A DNA stretch of 64,000 nt from NCBI GenBank assembly GCA_051362555.1, contig CM120640.1:45920788-45984787 (forward strand). Reading direction: 5' to 3'. Shown in pieces: positions 37,483 through 50,300 of this stretch (position 1 is the first letter of the stretch; every line of letters starts with the position of its first letter). The notes beneath the pieces are model-generated. The model made no database searches. It was not told where the DNA came from and worked only from the letters and a program-made list of their open reading frames with translations. The stretch comes from Lingula anatina (Eukaryota; Animalia; Brachiopoda). A program made the translations under genes and the position numbers.

Positions 37483-40400
37483 TTAAAACATGATTGGTTT
37501 GTCTTTGGTTTGGTCCATCACGTACTGTGTAAACCTCTTCAGGAACTTGGGATATTCCCGTTTGTACACAGCCCGTAATACTGAGGCCGGGGCCCAGCCT
37601 CCAGGGTTGACTGGAAATAAGAGTGGAAAACCATTTATATACATCTACATCATACATGCACTAAAAGGAAAAGGAAAAGGAAAAACAAATTATATTATGA
37701 TCACAATATTATTTTTATAGTAAAAAATGTTGTCATCTTTTTTTTCTATTGGTTCATAAACAGTTACTGTTATATACGAACTGACTATAAAAGGAAGTAC
37801 TGTAAAAAATGTGCATCAAATAATTACGCAGTATTTAAACATTTTAGATGACTCAATCATAATTACTGTTTACTAAGAGCTTTGGTCTATATATGCAGGT
37901 TGTAAGTAAATTTGTCAATCTATAATGATATAGAAGACTAATAAAAACCTTTCCACCATTACAGAATTCAAATATAAAACAGCAAATTGTATACAGCCAT
38001 GCAGAGGAAGCCATCATCAGTGTGTAATGGTGTTGCAATTTTGCTTATACAAATTACATCTGTTTGTTAGTAACGTTAACTATTGTTTTATGACATGTTT
38101 ATCCTATAATGCCTTCGTATCAGCAAGCTGTTTTTGAATAAATTATGTTTTCTTTTTGGTTGTGTAGTCAGATAAAAAGAATAATCCTAAACATGTTTCT
38201 TCAAATGAGAAAGTCATGCTACAGTGGATGTAAAGACTGAGAGGAAAATTCAGAGTCTTCAACAATTTTACCAATGTCTTGAAAGTTCAATCCTTGTCAT
38301 TATTTCAGTTCAAATAATGTCCAAATTTCCCTTTGAAGAACAATTAAATTGGAATTAGCAACACAGTGACTTTAGGCCAAGAAGAAATTTTCAAGACATT
38401 TTCCCCTGTTGTTTAAAGACATACGAAGTATACTTCAACATGAGCTAGATTCCTACAGCTTAAAAGCTGCAGTTTGGGTTCACAGTTTCGCCATGCTAGT
38501 CTCACCATTAGCTGCATAGGTAATGCGACAGGTTATATGGTCTCTTGTGATTTCCCCATCATGGCTGCTAGGAGGCTCCATAGACGTCTCGCACACCATT
38601 GCCACATTCATGTTGATGCGCACATTTTTTGATGCCTAAAATTATTCCAAGTGCCAAAGCAGACCAATAAAAAAAACTGCATGCACTCCCTGTTATCACA
38701 AAAAAAAAAAAAAAAAAAACAAAAAAAAACAAGCATAGGTACCTTCCCAGAGTCCCCTACTACAAAAAGAGTTAAACATGTACACATATTCTGTACCTGA
38801 TATTCCATGCAGACCTAAGAAATGGTTGGATGATTTTGCAAATATCACAAGAAAATTATTTATTTATCAATTTTTAATACTTTACATCTTCTTACTTTTT
38901 CAAATACAAAATTAGGACTGAAAATGCATATTTGTTTAAGGCAGTCTCTACGGTGACAAATGGCACCATTTCTTCTACGTGATGATTTGCAAAATCAGCC
39001 GTAATAAAATAAAATAAAATAATATAATAATATAATAAAATAGTAAAATGTTGCAGTCACTATCCTCCAGTATTCCAGTGTTAGTATTCAGTGCAGGCAC
39101 CATAAGCAATTTTCTTCTGAAAGTTTCGGAAATTTCTTACCGTTTGCATGATATTGTATCTTACAAGTTATATTTTCACGGGTAATGTTTCTGTCGCTTT
39201 GTGGTGGCTCTACCACAGTCTCGCAGATCATTGCAACATTCATTATAGCACGAATATTTTTTGTTTTCTCCTAAAAGAAAATATTCAAAACATACTGTAA
39301 ATGCTGAAAGTGTATTTCCCAACAAGTCATTCTGAACTGGAATCTCAAAACAAATCTGTACCTCCTGGTCTTCATTGTAAATATTTCTACATCAGTTCAT
39401 ACAATTTCATACATTTCAATGAATTTCCTGCAATTGAAAAACACAAAACCACTATATTTATTAATAATGAATGGTCACTCTTGCAATGCAAATGAATCTG
39501 TCTATAAACATACTGTGAAATTTTTATTTTGCTTATTACTTTAATCATTAGTGTATGAAAGCTGTCCTTTATTCTTAAAACTCTAGTTACTGTCATTGTA
39601 CTTCATCTGAGTATATCTCACTAAATATGATATTTCATGTAAAAAAATAGATATGTTTAACTTACATAACTATAACTGAATTTCAAAACACAGAAGCAGT
39701 TACATCTACCTGTGAATGGACAAAACATGAACTTGTACTGTGTCTGTAACCTGTCAATTGACATCAATATAAAATATACACATCAATAAATATATCAACT
39801 TACAGGGCACTTGTCATGATCAGGTATAGAGTAATTGCACACAATCCAGTAATCTGGGCCATCCTCGTCTTCATCTTCATTAGGCACATGCCTGATCTGT
39901 GTCCAGAACAGGGCCTCTCTCTGGGTGGTGGGCCACACCTTCTTGTGGATCTGATAACACACACAGGTGTCCTCTGAGAACCAGTCCAATACTTGAGCAC
40001 TTTCTAGTGTACCTGTGGGCAGAGTAATTGGGAAAGAATTGCATGATTTTGTAATGAAAAAATGTCCAAATTGCACCCTTTCAAGAATACCATTAAGCTG
40101 ATGAAATTAATACAAAATTACATGTTTGAGTAATTACTGCATTTAATCAAAAATAGATAGTTCTAGTCAAATTTATTTAATTTGGCTCAAATATCTGGAT
40201 GAACTGCTAGCACCCTTACCTTCCCACTCCATTCTGACATCTGGATTCCAGAAGTAATGGCACACTTCATGTCCTGTGATACCCTGGAGAAAAAAAACAT
40301 TCACACATTTATACAACCAGCCAGGTTATCCAAAAACAAAATTTAGCCAGGAGTAGTTTATTTAAGTACGACTTCGAGGTGCAGAAATGATTTCCCTATA

Positions 40401-43400
40401 TGCCTTTGTTAGCCAATCTGGGTATGGATACCTGGGCTAAATAAAGAAAAGATCAAATTTAGTGAGGTGGTCTCATAAGTTGTCTAATTTTGAACCAGGC
40501 AAAATTATAAACTGAAAGGACTGTAGCAACATAAAACTTCAGTTGTATGCCAGTATAGGTTTCACAAAAACTCTTGGACAAAATTTCAAAAATTCACAAA
40601 GATCAAGAGAATTTCAACTCTGGCTCATTATGTGATAATTACCACAAAGTCTGGAATGTTATAGAAATGCTATATATGTTAAGTGAACTTAAACATTTTT
40701 TCATCTCTAAACAAACAAACAAAAAATTAAAAAAAAAAAAAATGGGTGACTGGATCGGATTGCCTAACAAACAGACTGATTGCACTACCCACCTTGACTG
40801 TATGTACAGCTTTGAGGGGGTCAACCACCATGCCGTCTTCCTCCATTTCTCTCTTAAACACTTTCATCTCCCCCTCGTCATGTATCAGCTCCCATGTGTT
40901 GTCTATGTCTAACTTGGCTGCATACTTAATGTGTTCTGCTATTACTTCATTTATCTGGAAATTAGTGGCATAAAAATTAATGAATTCAGAATGAAGTGCA
41001 TGCACACAAACACTGACTGATGCCCTGTCAACTCATCATCAATTTGGAAAGAGACCTCTTTCAATGATTACAGAATGTCATCAGGGATTAAACGATGTTG
41101 CTGTTACATAAATTCCCATGTTGCCTATGGCAAGTTAGACAGTGTGTTTGACTTGCCTGGCTTTTACTTAATTAATATGAAAATGTCTTGCTATTAATGT
41201 ATCAATCAAATGATAGTGCTTTGTAGTATTGATAGTGTTCATAACCTCCTGACTGGTACCTATTGTGAGCATATTAAAAATTTTAATACCTATTTTTTTT
41301 TTTGGACGTATACACGTTTTTTTTTTCTTATCTAGTATGGGAGTGCACTTGAAGTGTTCTGCAGACATACATCTATCTTTCTTTTTAATGAGAGCTTTTC
41401 TAGAAACAAAATTTAAAATGTGTATCTCAGCAGGATTTGTCATGTTTTTCACTTTAGTCCTGTTAATATACAGAAAGCTTAGATCTATTTACTTACTTCT
41501 TTATAATACTTATGCTTGGGACTAAGGGAAGTTTTAGGGGCCTTTGGAGGCTTTATTTTCTGTATGCTCAATTTCTGAAATATAAAAAATGCACAGTTGC
41601 TGAATTATATACATATGTAACAGCATTCTACATGAAAATATGTATATCTTTGCACTACTACTTCAGATTTTTCAAAATGATCTTGCACAGATAAGAACTT
41701 AATATCAAAAATTACCCAACTACAGTCATTCATTCCTTGCAAATGTCTCAATACTTACATTCTCCACTTCTTTATCTAGTTTATCTAGTGATGCATCGAC
41801 TGCATCGAAAAATTCATCTTCATTAATTGCACAATGTGGTCCCTCCTGGAAGAGCCAATAAACCCTTTTACTGTCTCCACTTTTCATATAACCATACACA
41901 GCATCATGTCCAATAACATTAACCAGGCTGTTTTCCATGAAATCTCCCAACAATCAAAGTCCAGACAATATCTTTTGTTATAAATCATGAGAAATTACCA
42001 ATATTACACACTGAAAAACAATGAAAACCCATTGTTGTTTGAGCTGTGGGACACTTAGCAGGCTGTTTCACATAAAAAATGGCTTCTAGTAATGACGGTT
42101 GTAAATTTTAGTCAATCTGATCAGGGTAAGCTACTGAGAAAGACAATTTACAAAGAAGAATTATGGCATTAAGATATCCATTACTAGCTGCAGACCAAAG
42201 AAAATTGATTCTGTGTATTTCTGATTTCAGTAAAGTGCATAGAATTTGCATCCAATCCCCCCCCACCCACCCCACCAGTTGAACAACACAGAGGTGTGCA
42301 CATAAGACACCTACCTCATAATCAGGTCCGCCTATGACAATGGGTGGTTTCTTGCTATCTTGTAACAAAGCTTTGTAGGCTTCTTCTATCTTTTTCCTTT
42401 TTTCAGTCTCTCTCTCTGATCTTTTCCTCCAGGCGTCTTCCCTCTGTGACATGAGTTCTATACAGTGGTTGAGCGTGGCCACTATGCCTGCTGTTGTAGC
42501 CTTGAATGTGAAGGCTTCTCCCTTGAAGTCTATAGCATGTGCTCCGTGTTGGGAAAAAATTCCAACTGAAAGAAATTTAATTTTAAAAAGTTTGAAGAGT
42601 TGACTATATATGTTAGATGTAAGCAGTTCTCACAAAATTTCTTAGTTTTTAATAATTAGGACTAATTTTTTTCATAGGTTAATTTATAATTTTTCTCTTC
42701 TTTTGTCTGTGTTGCATTTGGCTGGCTACTACTACTACTACACTCACAACTGCCTCATTAGCATGTATGGAAACCCTTGAGCAATCAAAAGTTTGATGGA
42801 GTAGAAAAAAGAGAGAGAAGAATATCAACTTTTCTTTGGCCTTTCATTAACATTCAAAGTTATCAACTCCGATATCAAACGATGGAAGTGGAGACTAAAT
42901 CCAGTTTGTTTTGCTTTGATAGCCATGGGGTATACTTGAAACTTCAAAGGCATTCAAATGTGTATGCATAGCCTAGAGGCAAAGTAGGATGTATTTTGTG
43001 ACTGATTGCATAATAGGACTATTATATGTCAAGTTAAAATACATTTTATCTGCATTAAATGTAAAAAAAAACTCAAGCGGGCAGGCTCATAACAAGGAGA
43101 GGTGACAGTGAATTATATTGGATATTTCATTTCATTTTTTAAATCTAGAAACTGCATTGAAATACAGTATGTAGGGTGAATCTAAAAGGTGAATTTGACA
43201 CATAAGGTATTGACTGGTAATAAAAACATGGCATAAACCTACAAATTAAATAATTATTCAGTATCAATCAATCATCACTTTTACCCTTAACAATAATTTA
43301 ACTGATAATTTCTGAAATACAAGCAGAAAATGCAATCATAACAAATGTTCTTTTATATCAGACCAAAAGCACCCTGGTGCTTTATACCCTCAGGCTCTGT

Positions 43401-44301
43401 TCAGTGTCAGAGTAATTGATTTTTGTAGCTGTACATGGTACTTTGATGCTTGGCTTCTCTGCACTTACACCTACTTAGATTTAAAGAACATGAAAAACCT
43501 AGATGTGTTTATATAAAAACCAATCACAAAATCCTAATAACGCACAACTATTTCTCACTGTGTTTTGGCAGCAGACACCATGATGCAGTCTTAACTTGAA
43601 TCATTTTATCTTCCACTGCTACCACCTCTCTGTTCAAAGATTAAAGGATTAGGAATAGTGTCCTTTTTATCACTCAAGTCTTAGGCTTCGTTCACATGGA
43701 AAGTCTATTTTCTAAAAATCTATTTTCTATTCGCGGTATCTTATGATCACGGTCTGTGCCGTAATTACTGGCAGCGCGAGCTAGTTACTTATAGTAACTT
43801 TTAGGGCACAGACTGTGATCACAAGATATACCGCGAATAGAAAATAGATTTTTAGAAAATAGACTTTCCATGTGAACGAAGCCTTATTTCCTTCAGTACA
43901 GTATGATATGCCATCTGTGTCATCGTGGCAAGCCAAACATGTACGGTCATACTAACATTAAATAAATTGCCCTTGGATGAACAGCTTTTTTTTTGTCTAA
44001 TAACACATATGGAAAACTGAAGTACATTAATAAGAGTACCAGCAGTTTCTCACTTATGTTTTTAAAAGGCATACTCGAAAAGGCACTTTTAATTTTCAAT
44101 GTCATCAAGTACAACACAGTACAACACAGGAATTGAAAGGGGTTCTGGGGGTTGGTTTTATTGAGAACACCTGAACTGATCTTCATCAGAGACAGAAAGT
44201 TTTGTATAATTTGATATTCAGGACAAATCTAGATTAGCCCTTTCCATGATCTAAAACATTGGCTTTTTTTCTGTGCTAAAGGTGCAAATAAATTTCAGCT
44301 G

Positions 44302-44351
<50 letters not shown>

Positions 44352-47300
44352 ATTTCAGCTGATTTATTGTGTTAAAGTTGACTGAAAGCTTTAGTGTACA
44401 AGTGAAAACCATCCCCTAGGTGAATGATGTAAGGGTAAGAGAAATGGAAATGTTCAGATTTAGTTGAGTGAAAAGACATAAGTGAAAATTGTTTTCCCTC
44501 ATAAATCTAAGAAAACAAGGGACCATACAAAATGGGTGATTAAATAAAGGAATTAGAAAAAAGTTCATCAGTTTTATAATAATATGGATGTATCTTGTGA
44601 TTAAAATACTGAAACCCATGCTGAGTGAAAGAAAGATTATTAAATGAAACATTCTGCAAACTGGTTCAAAATATAAACCCCACAAAGATGAGATATTGTT
44701 TCTCCCTCCTCAACCTTTTTTCCAAAAAGTTTTACAAACATACAGGCAAAATCCACCCAAAAAATTTCTATTTTTACTAAATCTACAAGTCATACAACTT
44801 CACATGAAGAATTTTCAAAGGAAACATATTCAAGACCAAATGTTTTACACCAAAGTTAATTACAAAATTTCAAAATAACCTACCAAAATCTTCTCCTTTG
44901 GACAACTTCTCACTAAACAGACTGTTAGGAGCATCCTTGGAAGATGGTGAGCTTACTCTTGGCGTATCATAATCATCCACATCATCGATGTCATCACTAT
45001 CCACTGAAAACATAAATAAAAAGAATCACATAAAATCTCTTAATTCCAAACGATAATCCTCAATGGGACTGAATTCGGTGCTACAGTTAAGAAATCCCAC
45101 CTCAGTCTGGTTAACATTCTAGGCGAGGACTACTGGGGCAACCTGGATCAGAATGATACCACTTGTTTAGTATAGGCATTCCTAGTATCACGCCACATCT
45201 GCACTGTTAAGAATAGCTGTACAGTCTATTCTGGTGGAGGAGGTAAATACATATGATGTTAGTAATAGTATTATGTGCAACAGACTGGTTCCCAAGTCAA
45301 TCATAATCTAATTAAGAGTAAGATACCAGACAAACGCCACAGCCTTGCACCTATATAGAGGTCTGTTCAGACAAGGACTATTTAAGATGGAAACAACCTA
45401 AAACAAAAAGGTTGCAGGAAGATCCTGATCAGCAATGTTAAATTATACAGATTTATACTGACGTGAATCTGGCAGATGTATTGGCCAAAAAAAAAAGAGT
45501 TTTCTTTACATACTCAATTCCACAGATTCACCAGTTCAAAAAAATACTTGTCTGTTCAGACCCAATAAAATACAGATGACCATATGGTGTGTTAGATACA
45601 TCATTTCATCTCTAGAGATCACAGAAATACTTTAACTAGTGTCTAAAGGCGCTTATTTTTACAGATTATGTCAGAACCATTACTTTAGTTTCTCTGTACT
45701 TTTCTACTGAACAATCAGAAATGCCTTAGGTCTGTTCACTCCATGTCTTAACAAAAGACAACAGTTTCATCACATTTGTCTAATGACTAGCCCAAAGGTA
45801 TGGTTCAATACATGTATTAAGACTTAACTGATTGTGTTTAAAAATCAATTTAAACTGACAAATACAAATTTTCTATTTTAAGTATGGGCATTATTCCATT
45901 AACATGCATTTGAGTAATAATAAGAAAATATTTGGGTGGAAACTAGTAGGCTAAAGACAGCAGCCATGATATTTTTGCAAACTGATTTTAGCTTAAAGCA
46001 ATAAATAACTAACATTCAATAGCTGACCACTTAAACAGTAATCTTGATTTTTCAAATGATAGCCATTTTGTTGGTTTTTAGAAAAACAGCCACCTTCAGT
46101 AAAAGAGAAAATGATTACATCAAACTTATATGTCCATGAAGGGCAAAAAGGGAGCAACCCAAAAGGCAAAGCTACCACCATATTTACAGCATTATCTCAC
46201 AAGTGCACCCTCAAATATGATTGCCAGACTTTCCTGGCTACATTATATCTACATTTGTCCACTAGAATAGCACAAAATGTACTGCCTGTGTAAATGTGAC
46301 TTGCAGTTGTCATAGTTTTATCTCCACAGTATCAGATAACAAGTATTTTCTACACCAATGAAGTCCACATATGATCATGTTTGCGATATAGGATTCTATC
46401 ACTATCTTTTAGGGGCTTTTACCTGGGAGAAGAGGGGATATGTGTGGATATGCCAGTTATCTACTACTCAGAACAAATGTCCAACTTGGGAGACATAAGC
46501 CTAGGATATATAGAATCAAAATCAAAAATTCTGTTTAGTTGGTATCTGATACATTTTGAAAAGCTGGACTGACTCCAGACATATGTATTGTACTGGCAGA
46601 CGGGGGAATCCAATGTAGCCTTAGATCCTGGTAGCAAATTTTGCCCGCTAGAGTTGGAAAAAGACCAATTACTAGTAGATATTTTACATGATTTTCCACT
46701 TAGAATAGTAGGCAGAATTAATCATCATATGGCAAAACAAATTTTAAATCTGAATGCATTAATTCCAACAAAGATATAACGCCATAATGGGTACCAAGAT
46801 AACTTAGAGGGCATTTCCAGAGATTTAGATCAATCTTACTAGATCGACCTAACTCCCTGGGGTTCACGCTAAATTGCAGTCAGCCGACCGCAGTTAATTA
46901 CCCCAGCTTGTAATAGGCGGGCGGAGATTTAAGCCGGATTATCTGACAGTAATCTAGTGAGACTCCCCACGGGGATAGATCGATCTAAAATCTATGGGAA
47001 TGCACCCTTAGATTAACTTTAATTAGCATGGATTTCTATGGGAGGAAATGAAAAGCTGGAATTGCAAACAGGTCCCATGTAAAACACAGACATACATTTG
47101 GCAAAACTATCTATTGTTGAAATTGCCAATGACTAGAAAGTCCAAAACCTACTAGGGAGTATACCACGTAGTTTGAAATACATTTGTGGATCTCTAGGCC
47201 AGAGGAAATACAACCACTTAATACTACTGCATGAATAGGTCTACTTCTAGTCAGCTGACACTGACATCAGACAAAATTTACTGCACTATAGCAGATCATG

Positions 47301-50300
47301 TGATTGTGAAGGATTGCACTGCCTTCCTAAAGACAGGCCCTTCTCACATCCAGCACTTTACTGAAGAGATACAGTCTACACCAGGTCACCCTCAGACACT
47401 GACAACTTAATACCCTGGCTATTACGTGAGAGAGTCACCTCAACAACACCTTTATACATAGATTTGTATCTGTTTTATAAAGTGCCTATTCATTCATTCA
47501 TGAGATACAACTGTCTACTGATGAAAGGAATAAAATAGGTGGAGTGCAAAAAAAACTCAGGATATTTTGTAACAATGCTTAGCTCTTGACAATGCCAAAC
47601 TTGTGGTACCATGTCTGATTCTGCACAATTTTTAAATAGGTCTTCACTGTTACTAATTGTTACTATCTGTGCTACTTTGTTGCTATCTTTAATATACATC
47701 AATGACTGAGGGAAGATGGAAAATGTGGCCCTTATACCCACTGGACAGACAGACAGACAGACACACAGGCAGACAAATAAATAAAACCAACCATGATGTA
47801 AGCCAGCTGCTTTCATAGCCTCTGCACAGGCATCAAAGTAACCCTGAAGGGTGTCCACCTGCCGACATAATATGTCCCTGAACGTTTCCATTTCTGCCAG
47901 CTTTTCTCGCAAACCTCTTCCTCTCTGAAACAAATTTTTATGCCATACACATATATTATATCAAAACGAAGTATAAGTCAAAATCAGATACATTGCTGGG
48001 TTCACTCAAGGACAGGATCTCTCTACGTAAAATTGAATGATTTATCCAAGTCAGAAACTTGAATTAACCCAATGATACATGTTTCAAAAACCCAATTAAA
48101 TATTTTATTTCTTACTATGCCAGAGTGAGCCCAGCCCAGACATGTACGTTTAATACCAAAGAATGAGAATGCTATCCTTAAGTTTCATTGTATACATACT
48201 GTAGCTATGAAAATTATGACCTGACATTATGTGATCTGGTTCCTTTTCTATAGAAAGATCAATCCACAGCAGTGCATTGCACACACAAACATGCACACAC
48301 AAATTTTAATCATGTAGAAACTATTTCACTTGGAAAAAAAGATGCTTACCTTGAAGGATGATGTTGACTGTGTGGACAAACTGGTCCCTGATGTAATGGA
48401 TAACATGGAGCCATGTCTTCGTAGGCTGTTCTCGCTGCCATAGCCAGATTCTGTCTGCTAAAAATGAACAAGGAAAAAATTACAACCAGTGATGACAATG
48501 TCCTAGATATTCATTTAAATAATCAATAACTAGGTAGAGAAGCCATTAAAAATATGTACTTACTACATCAGCAAAATGCTGAAGTGAAAGCTTTATAAGC
48601 AAATGATTTTAATCACAGCAGCAACAACAACACCAACAAAAATGTATAGTCAAATTTAAACAAAATTGCTTTTTTGTTCAATAATTTGGAGGAGTAGGAG
48701 ATGGTTTTAGAATTTAGTTGCAAGTCAGTTCAAATGGTCAGTGCTCAACAGGCAAAAAAGTGTTGAGGAGATGGATTGCATGCACTCCCTTGAACTTGGT
48801 CACTATTTCCTGTTCTACTTTATCAAGCAATCCGTAAGCTTTTAGCACTTTATTTTCTTTCTTTTTTTTTTTGTCCGAAGCAAAAAAGGGGGTGTCATCT
48901 GCTGCTGCACTTGAAGCTTGGCCACTAACTTAAAAACAACACTTCACTTTGAACTCAATTTTGGTAGACCACAATATTTAATCGAAGCTGTAATTTTTAC
49001 TTTATTTTGTCCACTCTCACATACTTACAGTGCACTTATCCCTCTTTCATATGAAGTATGTTCCACTTATCAGACTCATAAAGTCACACAAAAACTATAT
49101 CAAATCAGTCATAAAGAGTTCAAAAGGTAGGCATAAGGAGAGCATATGTCCTCTCAAATGAGGCCACAATGGATTTGTGGCAATTTACTGAGATGTAATT
49201 TCAGTCTACTTTGTGTCCCTTCATTTAATAACCACAGTGTGACTGTCTGTAAGTTATAATGACAGAGCCATATTCTGAGTATGACATAAGGAGCTGTTGC
49301 TTGGGCCATCCTACTAACCGCTGGCATTCAATGAGGCCTTTCATTTCTTAGCAAGTGAGTATAACCTTTCCATATGCAACATTTTCTATTTGCTGAAGTT
49401 ATAATGGAAAACCAGGTGATGTCTAATGATAACTGAGGACATCAAATATAAAAGGAAAAACATGGGTCAGACAATGGCAGAGGACGTTGAGTCACCAACC
49501 TATAGATTGATAGGACATATTGATCGTGACTCACTAATACCATTGTGAAATGATATGACAGCAAGTGCTGATGTACAGTGTTAATACCTGCATGCAGTGA
49601 TAGGGGAGGTTGGGAGTACTACCTTTTTGGCTCAGCAAGTAAAACCTCCATTCTGCCTCACAAATTTAATTTTTCTTGAAAGAGATGCACAGCTGGTTGG
49701 ATGGGTGTAGTTGGTGCAGGGGTGGGGGAGTGTGGGGGGTGGGGGGTGGGGGTGTCCACCTGATAGATAGGAACTCACATTTATTATCTTAGTTGAGATA
49801 ATCTGCAATTTGACTCTCAAATTTCTGATATACTTGTGGGTTGGGAGGAGGGTTGTGTGATACACCAGCACCATGAGAAAGAAATGCCAGAATACCTTGA
49901 GTGTCCAAGGCACACATTACCAGAGGTTGGCAATGTATTATTTGACATACATACCAAGAGAAAGTACTGGCATTTCACAAAAACACATACCTAAAACCAA
50001 ACAAAGTATATAGCCCCATGGTCACATAACATCTCTAGGTATGTAACCATACATAGCAACCTTCGTATTATGGATGAAAAACAAATTTTCCTCCATATTA
50101 ATAATCCTGCACACATCATCATGTGAACCTGGATGTTACATACCAGGGAAATACTATAGGTATCATGCTTACTTCAAAGAGTTCAAGGTATCTGCACTGA
50201 GGGGGTTAATTGACTGTAAAACCAACTTATTTATGCCAGAGCATTCCACAAGGCAAAAAACATTGCCAAAGGCAGTGAACCCTTTTCTACTGTTTAGTTT

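Noticed and set aside
41120-41133. X-box-like palindrome GTTGCCTATGGCAA in a CERT intron
   Set aside because: Single motif with no promoter context; may be chance.
41168-41452. Minus-strand ORF at the position of the vertebrate CERT-L cassette exon
   Set aside because: The available acceptors give stops in the required phase 0, and no compatible donor was found.
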